Shown: piece after piece, positions 40,980 to 51,771 of the stretch
Numbering within the stretch: position 1 is the stretch's first letter
Layout: every line of letters begins with the position of its first letter
Assembly: GCA_965231075.1 (NCBI GenBank)
Contig: OZ246412.1
Location: 257,587 to 321,586 of the forward strand
Source of the DNA: an uncultured Candidatus Saccharibacteria bacterium
GTDB taxonomy: Bacteria; Patescibacteriota; Minisyncoccia; RBG-13-40-8-A
Reading direction: 5' to 3'
DNA length: 64,000 nt
The notes under the pieces: model-generated
What the model saw: the letters and a program-made list of their open reading frames with translations, nothing else
Database searches by the model: none
Told to the model about the DNA's origin: nothing
Program-made: the position numbers and the translations under genes

Positions 40980-42363
40980 GTAATTCTTGTTTTTGTTCTG
41001 CTAATAGTTCTTGAGTGTCGGCTTCGATGGTTAGACGGAGGACGGATTCTGTGTTGGAGGCACGTAAATTAAACCACCAATCGGTATATTCTACAGTTAA
41101 ACCATCGATATGAAAAATATTCGGTAATCGGCCAAAACGGCTGATTTTTTTATATTTCTCTTCTACTCTTTTAATATGAATGTCGGCATTTCTGATGTCT
41201 TTAATTTTAATTTCAATTCTCTCTTGTTTAAAGCGATTAAAATGTTCAATTAATTCCGACAAGGGAACTTTTACTTTCGACAGGATTTCCATAATTTTTA
41301 TAAAAATTAATAATGGCGCCTCAACATAGTCTGTGTCTTTAAAATAATAGTGTCCCGATGCTTCGCAACCAAAAACAACTCCCTCTCTGGCCATGGTTTC
41401 TTTAATAAATGAATGACCAACCCTAGAACAAACAACTTCGTTGCCACTATCTAGTGCTTCTTCTTTGATAATTCTACTGCTCACTGCAGTATAAAGAATA
41501 ATTCCTCCACGCTTAAAATAATAATGAATAATGATTGCAGCAATTAGATCCGGATCGATTCTTTGTCCTCTTTCGTCGACAAATAAAATTCTGTCGCCGT
41601 CGCCATCAAAGGCAATACCAAAATCGGCATTTTCGGAAACAACCTTTTCTTGAAGGATTTTTGTATTTTCTGGATTGATCGGATTGGGATCATGATTGGG
41701 GAAAGATCCGTCCATTTCGCCAAACAAATTAATAAATTCGACGTTTTTTAATTCTGGTGCCAGAGCCGAAATCGTTTCTCCGGCCATGCCATTACCCGTA
41801 TCAACAACCACCTTAAATTTGTTTGTATCGTTGGCATGACTAAGATCTAAAATTTTGGCAATATATTCTCTTAAAATTTCCTTTTTTGTGGTTTTGCCTT
41901 TTTTGCTTGCATCTTTTAGGAACTTATCTTGCGTTAAATTTTTTATTCTTTGTAACCCTCCTTCACCCATCGGTAATGCATTTTTTCTAAAAATTTTAAA
42001 GCCATTGTATTCTTTGGGATTGTGTGAAGCAGTTATCATTACTCCCCCGTCGGTTTTAAACTTGATTATTGCCCGATAAAACATTGGCGTTGTTGCCATG
42101 CCAACATCGATTACATCAATTCCTTGGTCTTTAATTCCTCTAACTGCTTCGCTAAACAATTCTTCCGACGATAACCTATTGTCTCTGGCAATAACCAGCT
42201 TACTTGTTGTTTTTTCGCGCAGTTTAAATGTTTTATCTTCTGGTTTTATGCTTAAAACAAAAGCGCTCGCCCTACCAATTTTATAGGCAATGTCTTGATT
42301 AATTTCATCAGGATATTTTCCTCTAACGTCATAAGCCTTAAAAATTTTATCTAAATTATCCAT
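40954..42363 (-). CDS. Phosphomannomutase/phosphoglucomutase
   Basis: FKAYDVRG, TASHNP, FDGDGDR, GCEASGH, RASNTE. Confidence 0.93.
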   Translation of the reverse strand: MDNLDKIFKAYDVRGKYPDEINQDIAYKIGRASAFVLSIKPEDKTFKLREKTTSKLVIARDNRLSSEELFSEAVRGIKDQGIDVIDVGMATTPMFYRAIIKFKTDGGVMITASHNPKEYNGFKIFRKNALPMGEGGLQRIKNLTQDKFLKDASKKGKTTKKEILREYIAKILDLSHANDTNKFKVVVDTGNGMAGETISALAPELKNVEFINLFGEMDGSFPNHDPNPINPENTKILQEKVVSENADFGIAFDGDGDRILFVDERGQRIDPDLIAAIIIHYYFKRGGIILYTAVSSRIIKEEALDSGNEVVCSRVGHSFIKETMAREGVVFGCEASGHYYFKDTDYVEAPLLIFIKIMEILSKVKVPLSELIEHFNRFKQERIEIKIKDIRNADIHIKRVEEKYKKISRFGRLPNIFHIDGLTVEYTDWWFNLRASNTESVLRLTIEADTQELLAEQKQELLKSIPFLS

Positions 42364-42446
42364 ATGTTTATATTATAACATAAAATTTAAAATAGAGTCG
42401 ATTCAGGTATTTGACTTTTATTATATTTCTGATATCATTAATAGTA

Positions 42447-42908
42447 ATGGAAAACGAGCTAAAACAATATGAATTGACTTGTATTTTGGAACCACATTTA
42501 GATGGTTCTAGTTTAGACAACTTTAAAAAAGACCTGGAAAAGACGATTATCGACAACAAGGGAAAACTTGTTCGTTTGTCAGAACCGGAAAAAAGAGAAC
42601 TTTCTTATCCTATTAATAAACAAGGAATTGCAATTTATATTGTTGCCCATATTGATTTCGAATCAAGCGATATTAATGAATTTCTAAAAGAACTTAGAGC
42701 CAATAAACTTATTATTAGACATCTAATAACCACTCTAGAAATTCCGAAAGCTGACTCCGACAAACCAAAAGCACCGAAGAAACCAAGAATTAAAAAAGAA
42801 GAAGAAGGTAAGGACAAACCCGCCTTCGCTAAAGCTCCGACGAGCAAGCAAGATAATCTTAATTTAGAGGAAATTGATAAAAAGCTAGACGAATTAGTCG
42901 GCTTATAA
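42447..42908 (+). CDS. rpsF: 30S ribosomal protein S6 with long C-terminal tail
   Basis: YEL..I, RELSYPINK, IIRHLI; rpsF-ssb-rpsR order. Confidence 0.88.
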   Translation: MENELKQYELTCILEPHLDGSSLDNFKKDLEKTIIDNKGKLVRLSEPEKRELSYPINKQGIAIYIVAHIDFESSDINEFLKELRANKLIIRHLITTLEIPKADSDKPKAPKKPRIKKEEEGKDKPAFAKAPTSKQDNLNLEEIDKKLDELVGL

Positions 42909-42924
42909 TCAACTCCCTAATTAT

Positions 42925-43383
42925 ATGAATCTAAATAAAGTTTTCATAATTGGTAACTTAACCAGAGATCCCGAATCAAGAGCGTTGCCAAGTGGACAGA
43001 TGGTTTCTAATTTTGGTTTAGCAACTAATCGCGTATGGTTCGATGCTAATACCAAAGAAAAGAAACAACAAGTAGAATTTCATAATGTTGTCGCTTTCGG
43101 TAAATTGGCTGAAATTTGTAATCAATATTTAAAAAAAGGAACCATGGCGATGATTGAAGGCAGAATTCAAACCAGAAGCTGGCAAGATCAGTCGGGCGCC
43201 ACTAAATACAGAACCGAAATTATCGCTGAAAAAATGCAAATGGGACCAAGAACAAGCGGTGGAACACAAAACGTTCCCAAAGACGCCCAAGAATCAAGTG
43301 TTCCCGTTGAACAATTAGAAGAAATTCAAATTGACGAAGAAGTTCCGGTCGATGAAATAAAAAGTGAAGATATACCATTTTAA
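42925..43383 (+). CDS. ssb: Single-stranded DNA-binding protein
   Basis: NKVFIIGNLTRDPE, EGRIQTRSW, DIPF. Confidence 0.96.
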   Translation: MNLNKVFIIGNLTRDPESRALPSGQMVSNFGLATNRVWFDANTKEKKQQVEFHNVVAFGKLAEICNQYLKKGTMAMIEGRIQTRSWQDQSGATKYRTEIIAEKMQMGPRTSGGTQNVPKDAQESSVPVEQLEEIQIDEEVPVDEIKSEDIPF

Positions 43384-43384
43384 T

Positions 43385-43573
43385 ATGAAGAAAGATTGCT
43401 TTTTTTGCAAAAACAATATTAAAGACGTTGACTATAAAGACACAAACATATTGTCGAAATATTTGGATCCTCTGAAAAAGATCAGGGCCCCAAGATATAC
43501 CGGCGCTTGCGCAACCCACCAACGAAAAGTTTCCAACGCTATCAAACGCGCCCGCACAATGGGATTGATATAA
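43385..43573 (+). CDS. rpsR: 30S ribosomal protein S18
   Basis: CFFC, DYKD, TGACATHQR..AIKRAR. Confidence 0.93.
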   Translation: MKKDCFFCKNNIKDVDYKDTNILSKYLDPLKKIRAPRYTGACATHQRKVSNAIKRARTMGLI

Positions 43574-43585
43574 AAACACTACTGA

Positions 43586-44051
43586 AATAAAAAAATGCCT
43601 CCCGCGGGGGAGGCTTTTTGGTCTTCTAAAATTGAAGGGTCATCGATACGGCTACGTGAACATTCGGTTAAGGTACAGATTTGATATGCCTACTGAATAA
43701 TCCTTTTGTAGACTATATTCAGTGGCTTGTGGTTGACTGGGTTAGGTACGGACAGAACGATACTTCCGTCTTTTTGAGCTTCGGCAGCCGACTTCCATCC
43801 GTAATCAAATCCTCGTTTCCATTCCCTGGTCCTATCGGCTTGCCAGAGAATCCCGATCAAGGAGAAGATTACGATCGAAATGATCATGATCACAAACTCT
43901 TTCTTCTTCATGGTTCCTCCTGTTTCGTAATTTTGACTACATTTATATTATACACCCAAATTAAAATCCTGTCAAGAATTTTGAATAAAAAAATGCCTCC
44001 CGCGGGGGAGGCTTTTTGGTCTTCTAAAATTGAAGGGTCATCGATACGGCT
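43586..44051. repeat. Exact 68-bp direct repeat (43586-43653 and 43984-44051) containing a terminator
   Basis: aataaaaaaatgcctcccgcgggggaggc..catcgatacggct twice. Confidence 0.9.
43690..43911 (-). CDS. Small membrane-anchored hypothetical protein
   Basis: AGGAGG SD, N-terminal TM, own promoter. Confidence 0.7.
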   Translation of the reverse strand: MKKKEFVIMIISIVIFSLIGILWQADRTREWKRGFDYGWKSAAEAQKDGSIVLSVPNPVNHKPLNIVYKRIIQ

Positions 44052-44202
44052 TGGTCAGTCTTCCTGTTGGAGTTGAGATCCCAGCGTCAATTAGAAACTG
44101 CTTCGCTGCTGCGGGATCCTTTTTCAGTTCCCTGGCGCGCCTTTTCATGTCTCTAAATATAGCAGCGTGTTCCTTTTCGAGTTGCGTTTTTCCTATTTTC
44201 AT
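44038..44202 (-). CDS. Small hypothetical protein (54 aa)
   Basis: Not in ORF track; GGAGG SD; MKIGKTQLEK..AKQFLIDAGISTPTGRLTKPYR. Confidence 0.7.
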   Translation of the reverse strand: MKIGKTQLEKEHAAIFRDMKRRARELKKDPAAAKQFLIDAGISTPTGRLTKPYR

Positions 44203-44290
44203 GGTTTCCTCCATTGATGGTTATAATGTACATTTGAGAATATTTTACTCTCACACATAATATAGGCTCAAACTAAAATCCTGTCAACAC

Positions 44291-44322
44291 AAAAGGGGCA
44301 GACCGAAGGTCTGCCCCTTTTT
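44291..44322 (-). terminator. recA terminator
   Basis: aaaaggggcagac cgaag gtctgcccctttt. Confidence 0.75.
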
Positions 44323-44335
44323 AATCAAATTAACG

Positions 44336-45346
44336 TTAGTATTCCGGTTTGGCGGCTTTTTGGATATCGGATAAAAGTTTTTTGGCGATGGGCTTGTTTT
44401 GACGCAAAAATTCTTTAGCTTTTTCTGTACCCACTCCCAATTTTTCGTCCCCATATGATAACGTAGACGCAACTTTCTTGATAATTCCATGCTTTAATCC
44501 GGCATTCACCAGATCTCCTTCATAGGAAATTCCTTCATTAAACATAATATCAAACTCTGCTGACTGAAATGGCGCTGCAACCTTGTTCTTCACAACCTTG
44601 GCCTTCACACGACTACCAATCGATTCTTCACCTTTTTTAATTTGGGCAATTTTCTTTAATTCCACTCTTACCGATGAATAAAATTTTAGTGCCTTACCCC
44701 CCGGGGTTGTTTCGGGGTTACCAAACATCATTCCAATCTTCATTCTGATTTGATTTATAAAGATAACCACGCAATTCGTTTTGGCAATTACTGAATTTAA
44801 TTTCCTCATTGCTTGAGACATGAGCCGTGCCTGAAGCCCAATAAATTGATCCCCTATCTCGCCCTCAATTTCTGCTTGTGGAGTTAATGCTGCAACCGAA
44901 TCAACAACCACAACATCAACACTTGCCGACTTTACTAATGATTCAACAATCTGTAATGCCTGCTCTCCCGAATCGGGTTGAGAGATTAAAAGGTCGTCAA
45001 TTTTGACTCCAATGCGCTTTGCATATTCGGGGTCCAAAGCATGCTCTGCGTCAACAAAAGCGGCCATACCGCCCTTTTTTTGCGCTTCAGCGACCATGTG
45101 CAAAGCTAGTGTGGTTTTACCCGAACTTTCGGCCCCAAATACTTCAATAATTCTACCCCTAGGCATACCTCCTACTCCTAACGCCAAATCAAGTGACGGA
45201 GAGCCGGTAGGAATCACGTCAACGTCAACTTTTTTGACTTCGCCCAATTTCATAATTGAGCCCTCGCCAAATTTCTGTTTAATTTCGTCAACTGTGTTTT
45301 CCAAAATCTTATCTTTATTGTCTTGATTAGTTGTTTGCTTTTTCAT
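44336..45346 (-). CDS. recA: Recombinase A
   Basis: [39 protein letters not shown]. Confidence 0.97.
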   Translation of the reverse strand: MKKQTTNQDNKDKILENTVDEIKQKFGEGSIMKLGEVKKVDVDVIPTGSPSLDLALGVGGMPRGRIIEVFGAESSGKTTLALHMVAEAQKKGGMAAFVDAEHALDPEYAKRIGVKIDDLLISQPDSGEQALQIVESLVKSASVDVVVVDSVAALTPQAEIEGEIGDQFIGLQARLMSQAMRKLNSVIAKTNCVVIFINQIRMKIGMMFGNPETTPGGKALKFYSSVRVELKKIAQIKKGEESIGSRVKAKVVKNKVAAPFQSAEFDIMFNEGISYEGDLVNAGLKHGIIKKVASTLSYGDEKLGVGTEKAKEFLRQNKPIAKKLLSDIQKAAKPEY

Positions 45347-45746
45347 AAATTATTCTTCTTATTATTGTATTAACTTTATTAAAACGATTTTTAGATTGAA
45401 TTTCAATATTGGTAACTTCATTGATAAGATTTTTTTCAAATTTAAAATTACCATCTTTATCAATATAAACATCAAATCCATCGATTGTAACTGTTGCCGT
45501 TGGTTCGGTCTTACCAATAATTTCGATTGTGCTTTGATTTGTAGAAATATCTGCTGGTGGTTGGGTTACTTCTAGTTTTGGCGGTTTAATTAAAAAACAA
45601 ATTTCACGATAAAAATATCCTAAAACTAAAATCAAAAAAACAACAAAAACAATTAATGCAATCTTTTTGGGCGTAAACATTAAGGCCTTCGATCTTCTCA
45701 TTGGCATTAATGGCTTGTCTTTGATGCTAATTCTTGTTTTTTGCAT
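45327..45746 (-). CDS. TM plus Ig-like domain protein
   Basis: TM then [22 protein letters not shown]. Confidence 0.7.
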   Translation of the reverse strand: MQKTRISIKDKPLMPMRRSKALMFTPKKIALIVFVVFLILVLGYFYREICFLIKPPKLEVTQPPADISTNQSTIEIIGKTEPTATVTIDGFDVYIDKDGNFKFEKNLINEVTNIEIQSKNRFNKVNTIIRRIIYEKANN

Positions 45747-45748
45747 AA

Positions 45749-48076
45749 CTAGAATTCGTCCTCTTCTTCTTTGATACTTTCTTCTTCAATTTCTGCCTGT
45801 TCCTCCTCTTCTTCTATTTCTTCTTCGATTTCCTCTTTCTCTTCTGGCTCAATATTCTTTTTTACGGTTGCATCTAAATCGCTAAGTGGTTCGCCTTCTT
45901 CTTCGTCTTCTTCGGTATCATTTTCAGAATTGAATTGATTTTTAGATTGAGCCATTAAAACTTCTCTCGGTTTTGAGCCTTCTGCTGGTCCAACAACGCC
46001 AAGTGCTTCTAGAGCGTCCAATAAACTGGCAGCTCGGGCATAACCAATTCTGAACATTCTTTGCAAATATGATGCTGATGCTTTTCCGGTTTTTACAACC
46101 AAATCCCTGGCTTCGTCTAACAAGGCGTCGTTTAGTGTTGAAGCATTGCTACCTCCCGAACCAAACACTCTGTCTTCGTCTGGCGACTTAGTAATTTCCT
46201 CTTCGTATTCAATTTCACCGGCCTCTTTCTTTAAGAATTTAACAACCCGTTGAACCTCTTTTTCAGAAATATAAACCCCTTGGATTCTGCGTGGCTTACC
46301 AGCATCTCCAGCAATAAACAACATGTCTCCATTGCCTAATAATTTTTCTGCTCCAGACATGTCAAGAATTGTGCGCGAATCAACCATCTGCGCAACCTGA
46401 AATGCGATTCTCGAAGTAATATTAGCTTTAATTAGACCAGTAATGACTTCGACTGACGGTCTTTGCGTGGAAAGCACTAAATGGATACCAACGGCACGTG
46501 ACATTTGTGCTAAACGCACAATCAATCCTTCAACCTCTTTGCCATAAGCCATCATAATATCGGCCAATTCATCAACCACAATAACAATAAACGGCAAAAT
46601 TTCTTTCGGTGACTTCTTTAACATTTTTTCGTTATAAGAAGCCAGGTCTCTAGAACCAACCTCGGCCAACATTCGATATCTTTCTTCCATTTCTTTAATT
46701 GCCCACTTAAAAGCATTAACTGTTTTTTGCACATCAACAATAACCGGAGCTAATAAGTGTGGAATGCCATTATATAGAGGAAGTTCTACGCGCTTGGGAT
46801 CAATCAAAATAAACTTTAATTCCCAGGGAGCTTTTTGATAAAGCAAGCTCGTAATTACAGAATTAATGCAAACGCTTTTTCCGGTTCCGGTTGCACCAGC
46901 GATTAACATGTGTGGCATTTTCATTAAATTGGTCCAAACCGACGTACCCGTAACGTCTCTTCCTAACGCTAAGTTTAGATGGTGACCATTTTTGCGTTCA
47001 TATTCTTCAAACATATTTCTAAATCTAACAAATGCCGGAACCTTATTAGGAATTTCAATGCCCACTAAAGATCGGCCAGGAATTGGCGCTTCGATTCTGA
47101 TAGGATGAGCAGCTAATGCCAAAGATATATCACGATGCAAGGTTGTAATTTTAGAAAGTTTAACTCCACCAGCTGGCCTAAATGTATATTGAGTAACAGT
47201 TGGGCCAACATTTACTTCGGCCATTTCTACGGGAATGCCGAAATTTTCCAACGTTCTTTGAATGATTAATTGATTTTGTTTTATGTCTCCACTCATCGGA
47301 TGGCCCTTGTCTTCTTCCAATAAATCAATTGGTGGAAAGGTATAATCCTGAACATCGATATTAGTTGTAGCAAGAAGTTTGTCTTTGTCTTTTTTTCCTG
47401 CCTCTTTAATGTTTTTTTCGTCTTTAATTTCTTCTTCTCCTTCTTCGGTTTTTGACTTCGAGAATATTCCTTTAACCAGATTGGCAACTTTTTTCTCTGG
47501 TTGATCAAAGCCAACTCCTTTAATTTCTTTAGAAATTTTTTCCATGCCCAGTTCCTCTTCTTTAGGTTTTTCTTCTTTGGGTGCTTTTTTGAGAGAAATA
47601 TTGAAAGCAATTAAAATTGAAATAACTAGTCCGGCCAAAAACACAACCAAGCCTGCCCACTTGCCGATAAGTTTTAAAAATGGCCAGGAAAACAAATATC
47701 CCAGCCAACCTGCACTTTTTGTGTCAATTGATGTGAATGTTTGGACAATTGCCAAAAAGCACAACAAAAACAAAAACATTCCCAATAGCGTCGAAAGGTA
47801 AACGTTTTTATGAATTTCTTTCAAAATTGCGATTGCTCCAGCAACAAATGCCAATGGTACCAACCACAAACATTTTCCAAACAGAAAACTGGACGCATCT
47901 AATAGGTATTCTCCCAAAACACCGCTTGCCGATTGAAAGCTTAATACAAAAATAACCGCTAATGTAAAAAGTAAAACCACAATTACTCCGCGTTTAGTTT
48001 CGTCGTTGATATTTAAATACTTCTTCTTTTCCCTTTTTTCGGGTTTAGAATCTTTTTTCTTTTTCTTCTTTGCCAT
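45749..48076 (-). CDS. ftsK: DNA translocase FtsK
   Basis: 4TM N-terminus, RIEAPIPG, AGATGTGKS, VDELAD, TQRPS, gamma domain IGYARAA. Confidence 0.96.
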   Translation of the reverse strand: MAKKKKKKDSKPEKREKKKYLNINDETKRGVIVVLLFTLAVIFVLSFQSASGVLGEYLLDASSFLFGKCLWLVPLAFVAGAIAILKEIHKNVYLSTLLGMFLFLLCFLAIVQTFTSIDTKSAGWLGYLFSWPFLKLIGKWAGLVVFLAGLVISILIAFNISLKKAPKEEKPKEEELGMEKISKEIKGVGFDQPEKKVANLVKGIFSKSKTEEGEEEIKDEKNIKEAGKKDKDKLLATTNIDVQDYTFPPIDLLEEDKGHPMSGDIKQNQLIIQRTLENFGIPVEMAEVNVGPTVTQYTFRPAGGVKLSKITTLHRDISLALAAHPIRIEAPIPGRSLVGIEIPNKVPAFVRFRNMFEEYERKNGHHLNLALGRDVTGTSVWTNLMKMPHMLIAGATGTGKSVCINSVITSLLYQKAPWELKFILIDPKRVELPLYNGIPHLLAPVIVDVQKTVNAFKWAIKEMEERYRMLAEVGSRDLASYNEKMLKKSPKEILPFIVIVVDELADIMMAYGKEVEGLIVRLAQMSRAVGIHLVLSTQRPSVEVITGLIKANITSRIAFQVAQMVDSRTILDMSGAEKLLGNGDMLFIAGDAGKPRRIQGVYISEKEVQRVVKFLKKEAGEIEYEEEITKSPDEDRVFGSGGSNASTLNDALLDEARDLVVKTGKASASYLQRMFRIGYARAASLLDALEALGVVGPAEGSKPREVLMAQSKNQFNSENDTEEDEEEGEPLSDLDATVKKNIEPEEKEEIEEEIEEEEEQAEIEEESIKEEEDEF

Positions 48077-48152
48077 ACACAATTATTATATCACAAATAT
48101 TTTATGTAAACAAAAACCTCGACAATTGTCGAGGTTTTTAATATCTATGATT

Positions 48153-51100
48153 TTATTTCTTGTCTGCTAGCTCTTGCTCAATTTTTTCCAACTCCATGGC
48201 TTCGCGATAACCGGTTCCAGCGGGGATTAACTTTCCTAAAATAACATTTTCTTTTAATCCACGAAGATGATCAACTCTTCCCTCTGACGCTGCTTTAATC
48301 AAAATTCTTACTGTTTCCTGAAAGGAGGCTGACGACAAGAAGCTTTCTGTGCTTAAGGCGACCTTGGTGATGCCCATTAATACTTGTCCACCAGTAGCAA
48401 TTTTCTTACCAGCTTGCTTGGCCTTGTCATTGGCATCAAAGAAAATATCTTTTTCAATAATTGCCCCAGCCAAAAGATTGGTTTCTCCTGGATCTTTCAC
48501 TCTCACCCGAGCCAACATTTGATGAATAATAACTTCAATATGTTTATTGTTCAAACCTTCTCCCTGTGTGCTGTAAATTCCCTGAATTTCTTTAATAATA
48601 TATCTTTGCAGCGCTTCTTGTCCGGCAAGTTTAAATAATTCTTTCAAATCCACAGAACCTTCCCAAAGTTGTTGTCCCTGTTTAACTTCGTCGTCTTGTT
48701 GTACCCAAACACCAGTTTGTGGCGGAGCAACATATTCTTTAGAAACCTTCTTTCTCTTTTTGCCTTTTAATTCTTGCCAACCTTCAATGGTAATAATTCT
48801 CGATCCTTTGTGCTCTTTAATGTCTGTAACTTTTCCATTTAATTCTGCCAAAGATGCCTTTCCTTTGGGAATTCTGGCTTCAAAAAGTTCTTCAACGCGA
48901 GGCAAACCTTGTGTGATGTCGGCGCCTCCGGCAACACCTCCAGTATGGAAAGTTCTAAGTGTTAGCTGTGTTCCTGGTTCACCAATTGCTTGTGCGGTAA
49001 CAATACCGACGGCCTCGCCTTTTTCAACCAACTTATTTCTTCCTAAATCGTAACCATAACATTGCTGACAAACACCAAATCTCGCCTTACAAGAAATAAC
49101 CGATCTTACCCTGATTTTATCAACGCCAGCGGCTTCAACTTCTTGAGCTTTTTTCTTGGTTAATAACTCGTGTTTTTTGGCAACTACTTTGCCCTTAACG
49201 CTCACTTCTTCCAACAAAACTCTTCCAGTTAATTGTGACGCAAATGAAATTCCTAAATCTTCTAAATCTCTTTTATAAATAACGATACCATCCTTGTCTC
49301 CACAGTCCTCGTGTCGGATAATTACATCTTGAGCGACATCAACCAAACGTCGGGTTAAATAACCAGCGCTAGCAGTCTTTAAGGCGGTATCGGCTAAACC
49401 CTTTCTACCTCCATGAGTAGAGATAAAGTATTCCAAAACATTAAATCCTTCTTTAAAACTAGAAATAATTGGTAATTCAAGAGTTTCTGATGCCGGATTA
49501 ATAACCAAACCCTTCATACCCGCCATCTGAGTTGCTTGACCCCAAGAACCTCGAGCACCAGAATTGAAGATGGTGAAAATCGAACCATTAGGATCGAGTG
49601 CTTTTGGCACTAATCCAGAAATTTGATTTTTAACTTTTGACCAAATTTCAATAATCTTTGATCTTCTTTCGGTGCGTGTTAAAAGTCCTTCGTTGTATTG
49701 TTTGCGAATTTCTTCAACTTCTTTCATTGCAGTTTCAACAATTTTTGGTTTTTCTTTTGGCAAACTAATATCATCCATCCCCCAACTTACACCCGATTTG
49801 GTCGCGTATCTAAAACCAAGTGACTTAATTTTGTCCATAACCTCTGGAGCTTTTTCTGTACCTAAAAGATTAATCACCTCTTCAGAAATCGCCTTTAGTT
49901 CTCGTTGGGTCATTTCTTTGTTTTTAAATCCTAATTCTGGAGGCACAACTGTATTAAATATAACCCTACCTGCCGAGGTATCAATAATCTTGTCGCCGAT
50001 TTTCACCTTGATCGCTGCTTGTAAATCAACAACATCTAATTGATAAGCCATAATTGCTTCTTCGGCACTAGAAAATATTTTTCCTTCGCCTCGCAATCCA
50101 GCCTTAATATTGGTCATGAAATAACAACCCAAAACAATGTCCTGACTAGGAGCAACGATTGGATCACCAGTTGCTGGTTTAAATAGGTTTACTGATGAAA
50201 GCATAATTTCTCGGCTTTCTCTCTGAGCCTTTTCCGATAACGGTAAATGTACTGCCATTTGATCTCCATCGAAGTCAGCATTAAATGCCTTACAAACCAT
50301 CGGATGTAACTGGATCGCCAAACCCTCAACCAAAATTGGCTTGAATGCTTGCACGCCCAAACGATGAAGGGTTGGGGCACGATTTAATAATACGTGGTAT
50401 CTTTCGGTAACTTCTTCCAAAATTGCCCATACTTCTTCAACTCCTTCTTCGATTAATCTCCTTGCGCCTCTAATATTGAAAACAATTTCTCGTTCAATTA
50501 ATTTGTTGATAATAAACGGTTTAAACAATTCCAAAGCCATGGTTTTAGGCAAACCACATTGATGAAGTTTTAGTTCTGGACCAACCACAATAACTGAACG
50601 ACCAGAATAATCCACTCTTTTGCCAAGTAAATTTTGTCTAAACCTTCCTTGCTTTCCTTTTAATTGATCGGCTAATGATTTTAATTGTCGTTTTTGTCCG
50701 GTTGCCGCCATAACTGCTTTTTGTCCACGTCTTGCGGAATTATCAATCAAAGCGTCAATTGATTCCTGAAGCATTCTTTTTTCGTTGCGACAAATAACTT
50801 CTGGAGCGTTTAATTCCAGTAATCTTCTCAAGCGATTGTTTCTATTAATCACTCTACGATATAAATCATTAACATCGGATGTCGCATATCGACCTCCGTC
50901 TAATTGCACCATTGGTCTTAGGTCTGCTGGCATAACCGGTAAATTAACTAAAAACATCCACTCTGGTCTAATTCCTGCTCTCTGAAATCCCCTAACCAAT
51001 CTTAATCTTTGCATAACTTTTCGTTTTTGCATCGCTTCTGCTTGTTTTAGTTCTTCTTCTAGTTCAATAGCTAGTTTTTCTAGATCAATGTCTTCACAAA

Positions 51101-51770
51101 TATCTTTTAAGGCCTCAGCGCCAATTCCTGCCGAAAAAACTTCACTATATTTCTGTGATAAATGTCTAAAAGCCAATTCAGAAATAATTTCCATTTTTTT
51201 AATTTTAGAAAGTTCGTCTTTTGCTCTATCGGTTGCCATTTTCAAATCTTTTTTCGCGTCTCTACCTTCAACTGTTTTTAATTTTGCCTTATATTCTCGC
51301 TCAATATCATTAAACGCTTTTTCTTTGGCTTTCTCATCAACTTTAGTGATAATGTAGGCAGCGAAATAAGCAACTTTTTCTAATTTTTGTACTGAAACAT
51401 TTAAAATTAAACCAATTCTTGATGGCACGCCGCGTAAAAACCAAATATGAGAAACGGGGACAGCCAAATGAATGTGTCCCATTCTTTCACGTCTGACAAT
51501 TGATCTGGTTACTTCTACTCCACAACGATCACAAACAATTCCTTTGTATCTGATTTTTCTGTATTTTCCGCAATAACATTCCCAGTCCTTTTCGGGACCA
51601 AAAATTTTCTCACAAAACAAACCATCTTTTTCAGCGCGCTGAGTTCGATAGTTAATCGTTTCCGGTTTTGTAATTTCACCATGAGACCAGGCCAAAATTT
51701 CTTCTGGTCCGGCAATCTTTAATTGCAATCCGTTAAACTCTTCTTGTTTTTGATCGTCATCAAAATGCAT
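48153..51770 (-). CDS. rpoC: RNA polymerase beta' subunit
   Basis: KPETINYRT, GKRVDYSGR, NADFDGDQMAVH, GEPGTQLT; start set at MHFDDD. Confidence 0.97.
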   Translation of the reverse strand: MHFDDDQKQEEFNGLQLKIAGPEEILAWSHGEITKPETINYRTQRAEKDGLFCEKIFGPEKDWECYCGKYRKIRYKGIVCDRCGVEVTRSIVRRERMGHIHLAVPVSHIWFLRGVPSRIGLILNVSVQKLEKVAYFAAYIITKVDEKAKEKAFNDIEREYKAKLKTVEGRDAKKDLKMATDRAKDELSKIKKMEIISELAFRHLSQKYSEVFSAGIGAEALKDICEDIDLEKLAIELEEELKQAEAMQKRKVMQRLRLVRGFQRAGIRPEWMFLVNLPVMPADLRPMVQLDGGRYATSDVNDLYRRVINRNNRLRRLLELNAPEVICRNEKRMLQESIDALIDNSARRGQKAVMAATGQKRQLKSLADQLKGKQGRFRQNLLGKRVDYSGRSVIVVGPELKLHQCGLPKTMALELFKPFIINKLIEREIVFNIRGARRLIEEGVEEVWAILEEVTERYHVLLNRAPTLHRLGVQAFKPILVEGLAIQLHPMVCKAFNADFDGDQMAVHLPLSEKAQRESREIMLSSVNLFKPATGDPIVAPSQDIVLGCYFMTNIKAGLRGEGKIFSSAEEAIMAYQLDVVDLQAAIKVKIGDKIIDTSAGRVIFNTVVPPELGFKNKEMTQRELKAISEEVINLLGTEKAPEVMDKIKSLGFRYATKSGVSWGMDDISLPKEKPKIVETAMKEVEEIRKQYNEGLLTRTERRSKIIEIWSKVKNQISGLVPKALDPNGSIFTIFNSGARGSWGQATQMAGMKGLVINPASETLELPIISSFKEGFNVLEYFISTHGGRKGLADTALKTASAGYLTRRLVDVAQDVIIRHEDCGDKDGIVIYKRDLEDLGISFASQLTGRVLLEEVSVKGKVVAKKHELLTKKKAQEVEAAGVDKIRVRSVISCKARFGVCQQCYGYDLGRNKLVEKGEAVGIVTAQAIGEPGTQLTLRTFHTGGVAGGADITQGLPRVEELFEARIPKGKASLAELNGKVTDIKEHKGSRIITIEGWQELKGKKRKKVSKEYVAPPQTGVWVQQDDEVKQGQQLWEGSVDLKELFKLAGQEALQRYIIKEIQGIYSTQGEGLNNKHIEVIIHQMLARVRVKDPGETNLLAGAIIEKDIFFDANDKAKQAGKKIATGGQVLMGITKVALSTESFLSSASFQETVRILIKAASEGRVDHLRGLKENVILGKLIPAGTGYREAMELEKIEQELADKK

Positions 51771-51771
51771 A

